Source: Rickettsiales bacterium (lineage in GTDB: Bacteria; Pseudomonadota; Alphaproteobacteria; Rickettsiales; UBA998). Taken from it: 64,000 nt of DNA. The position numbers and the translations under genes were made by a program. Under the pieces are notes generated by a model, which ran no database searches, was not told where the DNA came from, and saw only the letters and a list, made by a program, of their open reading frames with translations. Positions 34,295-43,226 of the stretch are shown here, piece by piece. How positions within the stretch are numbered: position 1 is the first letter of the stretch; each line of letters starts with the position of its first letter. The stretch is from assembly GCA_965248995.1 (NCBI GenBank), contig CBDFKY010000006.1, forward strand, positions 430,610 to 494,609, given 5' to 3'.

Positions 34295-34824
34295 ACGCGA
34301 ATCTCGCGGTAGGTTTCATAGGTCTGGATCGCCGCCGGTATGGGCGCGTCGGTGCCGCGCATATCGTAACACATGGCGAGATGCATCAGCATGGCCTGGC
34401 GCATGTCATGGTCGGGAGCGGCGGCATTCCCGGCATCGTAGGCGATGCTGATGAGGGGACCGCAGAGCGGCGTATCCACATGTAATAACGACGTGTTGAG
34501 CAACCGGTAAGCGGATGCGGGAACCGTCACCACGGCGCCGCTCTCGTCGCGGGTCTGGATCAGAGTGACGGAGCGGACGGGACGCATCGGCAGCGTGATG
34601 TCGCACGGCAGGCTCTGCAGGTAATCCACCTGCCAGCTCTGCTCTACCAGCGCGCGTCCGATCATCTCTTCGGCATGGCAGCGTACCGCCACGATCATTT
34701 CACTGATGAGCAGGTCTTCTTCCGTATGGTCGACCCGCAGATAAAGTTTCGCCTCGGCAAGGGTGATGAGTTCCGCAGGCGCGGATGACGTACGTCGCAG
34801 GGCGAAATAAGGGGTGGGTGACAT
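34291..34824 (-). CDS. Phage gp6-like head-tail connector (adaptor) protein (RcGTA g6-like)
   Basis: 177 aa. ITLAEAKLYLRVDHTEEDLLISEMIVAVRCHAEEMIGRALVEQSW...LPMRPVRSV is the canonical gp6-like motif. Confidence 0.75.
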   Translation of the reverse strand: MSPTPYFALRRTSSAPAELITLAEAKLYLRVDHTEEDLLISEMIVAVRCHAEEMIGRALVEQSWQVDYLQSLPCDITLPMRPVRSVTLIQTRDESGAVVTVPASAYRLLNTSLLHVDTPLCGPLISIAYDAGNAAAPDHDMRQAMLMHLAMCYDMRGTDAPIPAAIQTYETYREIRV

Positions 34825-34907
34825 GGTTCCTCGCGGGGCTGAATGATGCCCTCATCTGTGACGATGGGAGGAACGGGCCGGAAGGGGTAAAAATCAGATG
34901 CCCGGTA

Positions 34908-35534
34908 CTATTTCAGGGATCGCGGCGTACAGCGCAGCACGCAGCTGTGAAACAGCCGGTCCCATAACACGCGGTTATAGTTCCCGTTCAGCATGGGCCA
35001 GACCATCAGGAACTGCAGCAGTACCGGAACGATATAAAACAATTCGCTGAGCGAACTGTAGGACATGTCCAGTGAGGAATCGGTAGAAAAATTTCCGGGA
35101 ATCACATGGAGAATTTCCCCGGACCCGAAGATCAGCATGATGAGCGTCGGCGTTGAAAAGACGATGAACCGTCCGATAGCCGCCACGGGTGAGAGGGTGC
35201 CGCCGAAAATGTCGGCAACGTAGATGCGCATCAGTCCCTGACCCGGAGTGGCACGAAGTGATGAGGCGTTCCACAGCGCGACGTAAGTTCCCCACGTCAG
35301 GAAAAACCATAAGGGCAGGGACGGCATCGGCTGGTGCGGAGACAGGGAAAAAAACGTGGCCGCTTTAGGAAAGGCGTACCATACCAGCGCCGTGATGATC
35401 GCCATATCGATCATGAAAGCCAGCAGACGCCTTGCGGCGCTCGCTACCAGGATGTCGGAGGCAAGCGGCAGGGAACCGGCATTCCCGGTTCTGGAAGGCC
35501 TCTGCAGCGAATCACGTTCTGGTTTGTTGTCCAT
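34908..35534 (-). CDS. RDD-family membrane protein
   Basis: ARRLLAFMIDMAIITALVWYAF plus further TM segments. The start is taken at M36 of the ORF. Confidence 0.6.
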   Translation of the reverse strand: MDNKPERDSLQRPSRTGNAGSLPLASDILVASAARRLLAFMIDMAIITALVWYAFPKAATFFSLSPHQPMPSLPLWFFLTWGTYVALWNASSLRATPGQGLMRIYVADIFGGTLSPVAAIGRFIVFSTPTLIMLIFGSGEILHVIPGNFSTDSSLDMSYSSLSELFYIVPVLLQFLMVWPMLNGNYNRVLWDRLFHSCVLRCTPRSLK

Positions 35535-36180
35535 GGGAATGGTATAGTGACGCAATTCCCGCCAAAGCTCCAGCGATATTTGGCAAAACCATCGCCATGC
35601 CGTCACGGGCGATGCAGGCGGCGTCTTCTTTCGCCACACCCGTTTTCTCCAGGATCCGCTCCAGGTTCCTCTGTACTTCCTCGTTGGGCCGGGTGAGCAT
35701 GGTGTTGAGCGTCAGCGCGCTGCCGAGCTGTACCGTATGATCCCATATCGCGGCGCTGAGATAAGGGTTCGAGATGCCGCCTTTTCCGGATTCGGAAAGT
35801 TTCATGCCCAGCTGATGATCGAAAAAGCGCATCAGTACCGCCTGGGCGGCGATGGACAACCCGGTACGGATTCCGTTGTCGATGAACGCGTCCGCGTAGA
35901 TATAGGCCCTGTCTTTCGGAGCGGCCGCATGGCGGAGGGCCGTTTCCTTGTCGGTCTCCAGGGCCGGAAAACTGTCCGCCAGAGAGTCAAGCTGCGGTAA
36001 GACGGGCGTGAGCGCGTGGGCGAACGCCTTTTTCACCGGTTTGAGCGCCGTCTGATGATCGACTAAATGCGCAGCGCCGAGAAACACCGTCGCACTGCAT
36101 ATTTCGGTCGCGATACGACTCGCCGTAATGGCGGCAAGCGGGTGCCTTTTGGCGGCGGTGACGATGGATTGCGGAAACAT
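35512..36180 (-). CDS. Hypothetical protein
   Basis: 222-aa ORF with no family recognised. It overlaps the RDD gene start by 23 nt. Confidence 0.4.
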   Translation of the reverse strand: MFPQSIVTAAKRHPLAAITASRIATEICSATVFLGAAHLVDHQTALKPVKKAFAHALTPVLPQLDSLADSFPALETDKETALRHAAAPKDRAYIYADAFIDNGIRTGLSIAAQAVLMRFFDHQLGMKLSESGKGGISNPYLSAAIWDHTVQLGSALTLNTMLTRPNEEVQRNLERILEKTGVAKEDAACIARDGMAMVLPNIAGALAGIASLYHSHGQQTRT

Positions 36181-36280
36181 GAAGAAGCGTTTAATCCGAA
36201 TAATAATATTTTACTATTCTATCACACGGCGGGTAGCGATGTCATGACAGTTTCATGAAAACCCGCTGAAAATTAAGAGA

Positions 36281-37225
36281 TTAACGGGCAGTCTTGAGCG
36301 CAGGTTTGTCGTCGGCCAGGAAAACGCCTTTCGGAAGGGAAAAGATTTTCAGGACCGGCGCCGAAACATAAATGGAGGAATAGGTTCCCACGATGATCCC
36401 CACGAACAGCGCCAGCGAAAATCCGCGGATCACTTCCCCGCCGAGCCAGGCCAGTACGGCGGCGGCGGCGATGGCCGTGGCACTGGTAAGCAGGGTGCGG
36501 GACAATGTCTGGTTGAGGCTGAGGTCGATGATCTCTTCAACGGTTTTATTATTATGCTTGCGCATGTTTTCGCGGATGCGGTCATAAATCACCACGGAAT
36601 CATTCATGGAATAGCCGATCACGGTGAGAATGGCCGCCACCGACGTCAGGCCGAACTCGAGACGGCTCAGTGCGAAAAACCCGATCACGATGATGGCGTC
36701 ATGCAGTAACGCGAGCAGGGCACCGACGCCGAACTGCCATTCGAAGCGGAACCAGATATACAGCATGATACCCCCCAGCGCGCAGGCGAGGGACAGCAGG
36801 CCGGACTGCAGCATTTCCCTGCCGACCGCCGGGCCGACATAATCCACCCGCCGGAATTCCACGCTTTTCCCCAGCTTCTCGTTCAGCGTCCGCTTCACTT
36901 CCTCCACGATCGCGCTTTGCTGCTTGAGAGGATTTCCCTTCATGCGGATCAGCACGTTGTGTGGATCCCCGAACAACTGCAGGTTGGTCTCGCCGTAATC
37001 CGGATGGTTGAAGAGGGGACGCAGGCTGGCGAGATCCGCAGGCTGTTCGGTGCGGATCTCGAACAGGAGGCCACCGGCGAAATCGATGCCGTAATTCAGG
37101 CCGCGCGTCGATATCAGGCCGATGATCGCCAGCATGAGGGCGACGGAGATATAGGCGGCGGGCCGGGCATAGGCCATGAAACGCCACCGCTGATCCTGTG
37201 AAATAAAACGTAGGGCAAGTTTCAT
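36281..37225 (-). CDS. secF: Protein translocase subunit SecF
   Basis: 314 aa with a SecD/SecF C-terminal domain (GIDFAGG, SMNDSVVIYDRIREN). Confidence 0.9.
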   Translation of the reverse strand: MKLALRFISQDQRWRFMAYARPAAYISVALMLAIIGLISTRGLNYGIDFAGGLLFEIRTEQPADLASLRPLFNHPDYGETNLQLFGDPHNVLIRMKGNPLKQQSAIVEEVKRTLNEKLGKSVEFRRVDYVGPAVGREMLQSGLLSLACALGGIMLYIWFRFEWQFGVGALLALLHDAIIVIGFFALSRLEFGLTSVAAILTVIGYSMNDSVVIYDRIRENMRKHNNKTVEEIIDLSLNQTLSRTLLTSATAIAAAAVLAWLGGEVIRGFSLALFVGIIVGTYSSIYVSAPVLKIFSLPKGVFLADDKPALKTAR

Positions 37226-37310
37226 GGGCGTACGAAAAGCTCGGATGGGTAATCCCTGTTGATACGACAGCTGGGCGATTTGTCAAGCGTTGTCGCCGGA
37301 AGAACCCCGC

Positions 37311-39713
37311 TTATTCGCCCCAGTCGAGTTTTTCATCGTCCTCATCAGCGGACGACTCGTCCGCAGGTTCCGGCTCGTTTGAAGGCACTGAACCGCTCAG
37401 GATCTGGATGTACCCTTCCAGGCCGGCCAGATTCATTTCCCCAACGACCGTTTCCCCGGGACGGCGGACAAGAAAGTGCCGTTCCGTGGTTTCCATCAGT
37501 TCGAGGTAGGAAAATTCGATGTCGCTCAATCCGAACACGGTGATATATTCCTCGCAAGGGTCCTCGTTCGGCAGATAAATCTGGGTGACGGTCTTCTGGA
37601 TCATCGCCTTGGTAAGCGGCGTCTGCCCTGAATCCTCGATATCTTCCGCCATGGAAAGCAGCATGGTGTTCTTACTGCTCAGATAATCCATCCAGCCGTT
37701 GATGTCGGAAGCGATATGCGTCTGCGAAAGCACCCGCCAGCCTTCCGTCACGACGATGATGGCGGGTGATCCGTCGAGCCGGTCCGTGACCTGTTGAAAG
37801 AGCAGGGGAACCACTGCCGGCTGCAGCATTTCATCGCTGATGATTTCGTGCAGCAGGAAGGCGTTCAGCGCGTTTCCTGAAATGACACCCTTGTCCCGTG
37901 CGGTAAACAGATGGCCGTATTTCCCGCCTTCTTGCCAGGGAGCGGTGGCATGCACCCAAGAAGGGGCACCGTTTCGCGCCATTGTGACGAAGGAAGCAAA
38001 ATGCCGTTCATGTTCGGGCAGGGAGAAAATCTGTTCGACCGCAGATCCGAGGGCGGCTTTATCTTCCTCGGTCGGAGCATAACCGCAGGTTCGTGCCAGG
38101 ATGCCCAGCCAGCGGCTGAGAAACAGGCGGTTACCGTTCGTATCCCGCAGGGTGAAAGGGTTCAGCCAGCCTTTCCTTTCTGCGGGCCGGAACGTGGCGA
38201 CCGTACCGCCCAGCTGTTGCATGAGCAGGGCGCTGCGTCCGGTCACGTCGAAATAATAAAGTTTCGGCTTGAATTTCATCGACTGACTTAACAGGAAATG
38301 CAGCAGCAGGGTCTTTCCGGAGTTATGCGGTCCTATGAGCGCGGAATGACCGACGGTGCCCACGTGGAAATTGAAATAATACGGAGTGCCGCTCGCCGCA
38401 TGGAACGTGGTGACTGCCGGACCCCAGTGATTGTCATGCGCAGAGCCGACCGGCAGGTTATGCAGGTTGGCGAAGCCGGCGACATGTGAGGTGTTCGTGG
38501 CTTTCATCCGGCTGACGAAGATGAAATTACCCGGCAGCTGCGCCCAGTAGGTTTCCTCGAAACGCAGGTCTTCGCGGATCACCACCATGCCGTAGCGCGC
38601 GAAGTAAGCGATGGTTTTGCGGATGTTTTCTTCCAGCAGGCTTACCGTATCGGAAAGCAGGAACAGGGTCAGCTGCTGTTCCCCGAAATCGTTCGGATTG
38701 TTGCGGTTGCTGTCCACGATGTTGGTCAGTTCGGAAAGGCGCGAGATATCCGGGTCTTCGCTGAGGCGCTGGTAATTGTACAGTTCCTGGAATTCGAACG
38801 ATACCTTGTACGGATTGACGAAGTTGACGCACTGGGTGATGATGAATTCGATCGGCAACTGCATGAACTGGTCGATCACGCCGAGGGACGCTTCCTTATA
38901 TTCCTTCAACGTCAGGATACTGCCGAAACGGCGCTTGCCGAGCGAGGTGCGTACTTCCATCGCGTTGAAAGCAAAAGTAATTTCACCCGTGGTAAGGTAC
39001 ATGGACAGATCCATTTCCACCACCGGCATCGGGCGGTCGACGAAATTGATCAGTTTTTCCAGGAAGCGAAGCTGCTGGGAATAATAAATTCCGTTTTCCT
39101 TATACATGCCGAGGCGCTGGGCGCCGTATTCCACCAGGTCATCCAGAATCTTGCCGACGGTCTCGTTGAGAACGACGAAGATGGAGTCCAGATATTCATT
39201 GCGGTTGACCAGTTCCTTGGAGGGAAGCAGCCCCCGCAGGAACGTTTTGGGGTCACGGATGCGGGAAGACTGTCCTTCATGAACGATGGTGATGAACACC
39301 TCGTTCACATATTGCTGATGAAAATCGTTCTGCCGGATCCACGCCTCATTCAATTGGATAGGAAATGCGTTAGCTTCAAACTCTCCGGAAGGGGCCACGC
39401 TGATGTTCTTGCGGATAGTATGCAGCCAGATGGCGAACGAATCGTTCGGCACATGGCGCTTCAGGGATTCGCGGATGAGCGCGCGAAGATCGCCTTTGTC
39501 CGCGCCCACCACTTCGCGCATCAGGCCGGTGACTTTCAGCGTCTGGCACAGTTCACCGTTTTTGGTGATGATGGTATGTTCGTCGAAAAAAGAGGCATAC
39601 GGTACGAAGTCCGATTCTTCCACGTCGTCCGTGATGTCACGGAACATCTCCAGGTTCTTGTGCCGCAGCTTCTGCTGCCGCGAGAGCGTGAAACGGGTCG
39701 CAGGGTTTAACAC
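37311..39713 (-). CDS. virB4: VirB4-family T4SS ATPase paralog II (Walker A kept; Walker B and ATQ motif degenerate)
   Basis: 800 aa, collinear with the VirB4 at 51426-53834. GPHNSGKT is present, but IIVVTEGW replaces ..LDEAW and LLSMAEDIED replaces VFATQSVED. GTG start (alternative M23). Confidence 0.9.
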   Translation of the reverse strand: MLNPATRFTLSRQQKLRHKNLEMFRDITDDVEESDFVPYASFFDEHTIITKNGELCQTLKVTGLMREVVGADKGDLRALIRESLKRHVPNDSFAIWLHTIRKNISVAPSGEFEANAFPIQLNEAWIRQNDFHQQYVNEVFITIVHEGQSSRIRDPKTFLRGLLPSKELVNRNEYLDSIFVVLNETVGKILDDLVEYGAQRLGMYKENGIYYSQQLRFLEKLINFVDRPMPVVEMDLSMYLTTGEITFAFNAMEVRTSLGKRRFGSILTLKEYKEASLGVIDQFMQLPIEFIITQCVNFVNPYKVSFEFQELYNYQRLSEDPDISRLSELTNIVDSNRNNPNDFGEQQLTLFLLSDTVSLLEENIRKTIAYFARYGMVVIREDLRFEETYWAQLPGNFIFVSRMKATNTSHVAGFANLHNLPVGSAHDNHWGPAVTTFHAASGTPYYFNFHVGTVGHSALIGPHNSGKTLLLHFLLSQSMKFKPKLYYFDVTGRSALLMQQLGGTVATFRPAERKGWLNPFTLRDTNGNRLFLSRWLGILARTCGYAPTEEDKAALGSAVEQIFSLPEHERHFASFVTMARNGAPSWVHATAPWQEGGKYGHLFTARDKGVISGNALNAFLLHEIISDEMLQPAVVPLLFQQVTDRLDGSPAIIVVTEGWRVLSQTHIASDINGWMDYLSSKNTMLLSMAEDIEDSGQTPLTKAMIQKTVTQIYLPNEDPCEEYITVFGLSDIEFSYLELMETTERHFLVRRPGETVVGEMNLAGLEGYIQILSGSVPSNEPEPADESSADEDDEKLDWGE

Positions 39714-39771
39714 GGGGAATCCTTCCTATGACAGTCGATGAACTACTTGTTTTTCCTGGTCATACGACAAA

Positions 39772-39805
39772 TCCCCCGTACCGCACAAACGTGCGATACG
39801 GGGGA
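39772..39805 (-). promoter_or_regulatory. Intercistronic GC hairpin between virB2 and virB4-II (possible attenuating terminator or mRNA-stabilising element)
   Basis: TCCCCCGTACCGCAC-AAAC-GTGCGATACGGGGGA forms a stem of about 14 bp with one mismatch pair. On the coding (minus) strand it is followed by TTTGTCG (a weak U-tract). Confidence 0.5.
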
Positions 39806-39827
39806 GATGAGAGTAGCGAGTACTACG

Positions 39828-40130
39828 TTAGCACCCAGCGGCGCTAGCTGGCTGCAGGGCTTGGATCAGCGGCGCTGCTCCGAATACCACTGCCACGCCG
39901 AGACCGACGATGATTGCCATACCCCAAGATACTTTACCCATCAATGCACCGATACCGATGATGATTACTGCCAAGGTTGCGATACCGCCACCCACCGGGC
40001 CGGTAAACCATTGAACAACGGCGCAGAGCGTAGTACCAATCGGGTTTCCACCGGCAGCTGCCAGGTCTGGTACGAACAGAGTCAGCGCCAGTGCCAGGAA
40101 TGCGAGGGATTGTTTGGTTGTTACGTTCAT
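39828..40130 (-). CDS. virB2: TrbC/VirB2-family T4SS pilin
   Basis: 100 aa with a signal peptide ending LAAAGG and two hydrophobic helices (GGGIATLAVIIIGIGALMG; GMAIIVGLGVAVVFGAAPLI). It lies next to virB4-II. Confidence 0.8.
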   Translation of the reverse strand: MNVTTKQSLAFLALALTLFVPDLAAAGGNPIGTTLCAVVQWFTGPVGGGIATLAVIIIGIGALMGKVSWGMAIIVGLGVAVVFGAAPLIQALQPASAAGC

Positions 40131-40348
40131 TATGCTCTCCTAAAAAGATAACTAATTAAAGATGTAGATGGAAAATCCAGATAATCACTATCAGTATTTA
40201 CCTAAAATTAGTTATACCATCTAATTGTTACGATTTTATTACAGTCGCAAGTACTTTATAAAAAATTATTATAAAGTTATCATTTATTACTTAAACGATA
40301 GTGTTAATCACTTTTTTTTACTGAACCGCACAGTATATCATGAAAATA

Positions 40349-41044
40349 TTACCGATAGCTGAACAGAAGTGAATAATACTGCTTCAGCCATGTTTTAGCG
40401 ATGGAAATGTCGGGATGCAGGGCGCGGGTCGTCTGCCAGAAGGCCGCGCTGTGGTCGTGATGCAACAAATGGGCGCACTCATGTGCCACCACATAATCGA
40501 TCACATGCAGGGGAGCGAACACCAGACGCCAGGAAAACATCAGTTTCCCGTCGCTGCTGCAGCTGCCATAGCGTGAGACCGGGTCGCGCAGGCAGATGGT
40601 GGGAGGGGCGTTCAACGCAGCGAATACAGGTTTCGCAAGCAGCATGTCGATACGTCCGTCGATATAATCTTTCAAAATCGTGCGAAGGGTGGAAACAATG
40701 AGGCGATGGCAGGTGCGCGCGGTCGCCGGAATCACCAGATGAGGCATGTCGGATAGCGTTGCCTCCTGAACGCGCGAAAGAACGTGAAGTTCTCCCAATA
40801 TGGGAATGATGGAGCCATACTGCAGCGGCACCGCTTCGGGCAGAGCGCTTACATACCCTTCCATGGAAGAAGCGTATTTTTTCACGAACGCGTGGACGGT
40901 ACGATGTGAACTGCCTTTCGGACAGCGAACCACGAACATGCGTTTCAATGGATGAAATCTCATGCTTATCTTTCTGCCGCGCGTATGATACTCTACGGTG
41001 AAAGGAACGGGACAGGTATCCTGAGTAAGAAGAGTGGTTGCCAT
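40349..41044 (-). CDS. YgjP-like (DUF45/M48-related) metal-dependent hydrolase
   Basis: HECAHLLHHDHSAAFW is the HExxH...H motif typical of the family. Confidence 0.8.
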   Translation of the reverse strand: MATTLLTQDTCPVPFTVEYHTRGRKISMRFHPLKRMFVVRCPKGSSHRTVHAFVKKYASSMEGYVSALPEAVPLQYGSIIPILGELHVLSRVQEATLSDMPHLVIPATARTCHRLIVSTLRTILKDYIDGRIDMLLAKPVFAALNAPPTICLRDPVSRYGSCSSDGKLMFSWRLVFAPLHVIDYVVAHECAHLLHHDHSAAFWQTTRALHPDISIAKTWLKQYYSLLFSYR

Positions 41045-41164
41045 CGTCCCGCCATTTCATTAATAAAAGGACTGAATGTCAATACTGTCGAAGAGGCGTG
41101 CATACACAAGCTTCGATCGTGTTTTCATTTCTTTTGAAGAAATTTTCTCCGTTTCAGGCTTGCC

Positions 41165-43030
41165 ATGCGTTATCCGGCCTCCTTTATCGACCAGGTGAAA
41201 AGCCATTTCCGTCTTTCCGAGATCATCGGAAGGCGGGTGGACCTGCGGCGTCACGGCCGGGAATATACCGCCTGCTGTCCGTTCCATACGGAAAAGACGC
41301 CGTCCTTCACCGTTAATGACGAAAAAGGGTTTTATCATTGTTTCGGATGCGCCGCGCATGGGGACGCGGTGGTGTTCCTGATGGAATACGAACGGCTGAA
41401 CTATAAGGAGGCGATCGAGTCGCTGGCGCGGGAGGCGGGAATCGCCCTGCCGAAGCCCGATCCCGTGGCGGCGGTGCGGATCGACCGGGAAGACCGGCTG
41501 CTGAAACTGATGGATGACGCGCGGAAATGGTTCTGCACGCAGCTTTACGGCAGCGTGGGACATGCGGCCCGTAATTACCTGCGTGACCGCGAAATCCATG
41601 AAAACACTATACAGACCTTCGATATCGGCTATGCGCCCCAGTCGCGCGAGGGCCTGAAGATCGCGATGCAGCAATTCGGCCATACCGAGTCGCAGCTGAT
41701 CGAGGCGGGGCTGCTGATCCAGGTGGAAGGCAGAGCATCGTACGACCGTTTCCGCGGGCGGGTGATGTTCCCGATCCGCCGCATCGACGGGCGCGTCGTC
41801 GCATTCGGCGGCAGGCTGCTGGAAAAAAGCGATACCGCGCCCAAATATCTCAATTCCCCAGAAACGGTGCTATTCAAGAAACAGGACATCCTGTTCAACC
41901 TACATGAAGTGCGCAAATCGGTGCATGACGCGCCGTATATCCTGGTAGTGGAAGGGTATATCGACGTGATTTCCCTCTATGCCGGCGGCATCGTCCACGC
42001 GGTGGCGCCGCTCGGCACGGCGTTCGGCGAATCGCACCTGCAACAGCTCTGGCGGTACCATGCGAATCCCATCATCTGTTTCGACGGTGACAAGGCGGGG
42101 CAGAAAGCCATGCTGCGGGCCGCCGAGGTGGCGCTGCCGCACGTCAGGGCCGGGCAGCTGATCCGCTTCTGCGGCCTGCCGAACGGCGAGGATCCGGATT
42201 CGTTCATGCGCAGCAGCGGAAGCGTTTCCATGGAGACCCTGCTGCTGCGCTCGCTGAGCCTTTCGGAACTGCTGTGGAACCTGTATATCGGCAACCGCGA
42301 ATTCACGGCACCGGAAGACCTCGCCATGGCGGAGGGCCGCCTGATGCAGGCAATCGAACTTATCAAGGACAATGCGCTCAAGCAGCGGATCGCCGCGTCG
42401 TACCGCAACCGCCTGTGGCATGTGGCCAAGCGTGTCTCAAGCCCGCTGGCCGTCAGGAAACGGCAGGCGTCACCCGCTCCTGCGGCCGCGTTGCCGCCTT
42501 CCGACAAGGCGAAAGGGAACATGCTCAAACATCTGCATAAGGAAGAGGGTTCCCTGCAGGAGCAGGTGTTCGCCCTGCTGGCCAGATTCCCGGCCCTGCT
42601 GAAGGACGGGGAAGTGGAACAGGTGCTGTATGAATGGGACTGGTCCGCCACCTGCTATCACGGATGCGTGACGGAAGTGATCTCGCGCAGCGAACAGCTC
42701 AGCACCTGCCGCTATATTTTCCTGGAATATCTGGCGCAGGCGTTCCCCTCGCTGGATGAGAGGCTGCAGCAGCTTTATGCCGAAGGCATCATCCCGGCGC
42801 AGCTCTACGGTCGTGAGGAAGAAGAGGGCGAAGCGGAAGCGCGCGGCATGTTCCGGCGCCTGAAGCAGCGCTATGAACAGCGGACTATGCGGCTCGATCT
42901 GGAACAAAGGTTGAAAAGCCAGCGCACCGAGCCGAGTGACGCTGCGACCTATCAACTGATGGAACTGATAAAAATACAACAGAAAGCTCATGCTCTCAAT
43001 GCTGAACATACGGATGATCGCTATAATTGA
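41165..43030 (+). CDS. dnaG: DNA primase
   Basis: Zinc ribbon CCPFHTEKTPSFTV...YHCFGCAAHGD and a Toprim domain EGYIDV. It lies upstream of rpoD. Confidence 0.95.
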   Translation: MRYPASFIDQVKSHFRLSEIIGRRVDLRRHGREYTACCPFHTEKTPSFTVNDEKGFYHCFGCAAHGDAVVFLMEYERLNYKEAIESLAREAGIALPKPDPVAAVRIDREDRLLKLMDDARKWFCTQLYGSVGHAARNYLRDREIHENTIQTFDIGYAPQSREGLKIAMQQFGHTESQLIEAGLLIQVEGRASYDRFRGRVMFPIRRIDGRVVAFGGRLLEKSDTAPKYLNSPETVLFKKQDILFNLHEVRKSVHDAPYILVVEGYIDVISLYAGGIVHAVAPLGTAFGESHLQQLWRYHANPIICFDGDKAGQKAMLRAAEVALPHVRAGQLIRFCGLPNGEDPDSFMRSSGSVSMETLLLRSLSLSELLWNLYIGNREFTAPEDLAMAEGRLMQAIELIKDNALKQRIAASYRNRLWHVAKRVSSPLAVRKRQASPAPAAALPPSDKAKGNMLKHLHKEEGSLQEQVFALLARFPALLKDGEVEQVLYEWDWSATCYHGCVTEVISRSEQLSTCRYIFLEYLAQAFPSLDERLQQLYAEGIIPAQLYGREEEEGEAEARGMFRRLKQRYEQRTMRLDLEQRLKSQRTEPSDAATYQLMELIKIQQKAHALNAEHTDDRYN

Positions 43031-43226
43031 ATCCTGTCATGATTTCTTAAAAAACCTGTGTTGACGTAGATACTCCTATTGCAACCACGCCCAACGTCTC
43101 CCATATGCACTGAATAATACTTCTTGAATCATCCGCCTCTTTTATGGTACAGAGCGCGTTTGACTTGAGAAATGACTAATTTCCCCTCATACTCATCCCT
43201 TTAAGCATACGTCCCCAGGTTTTTCT

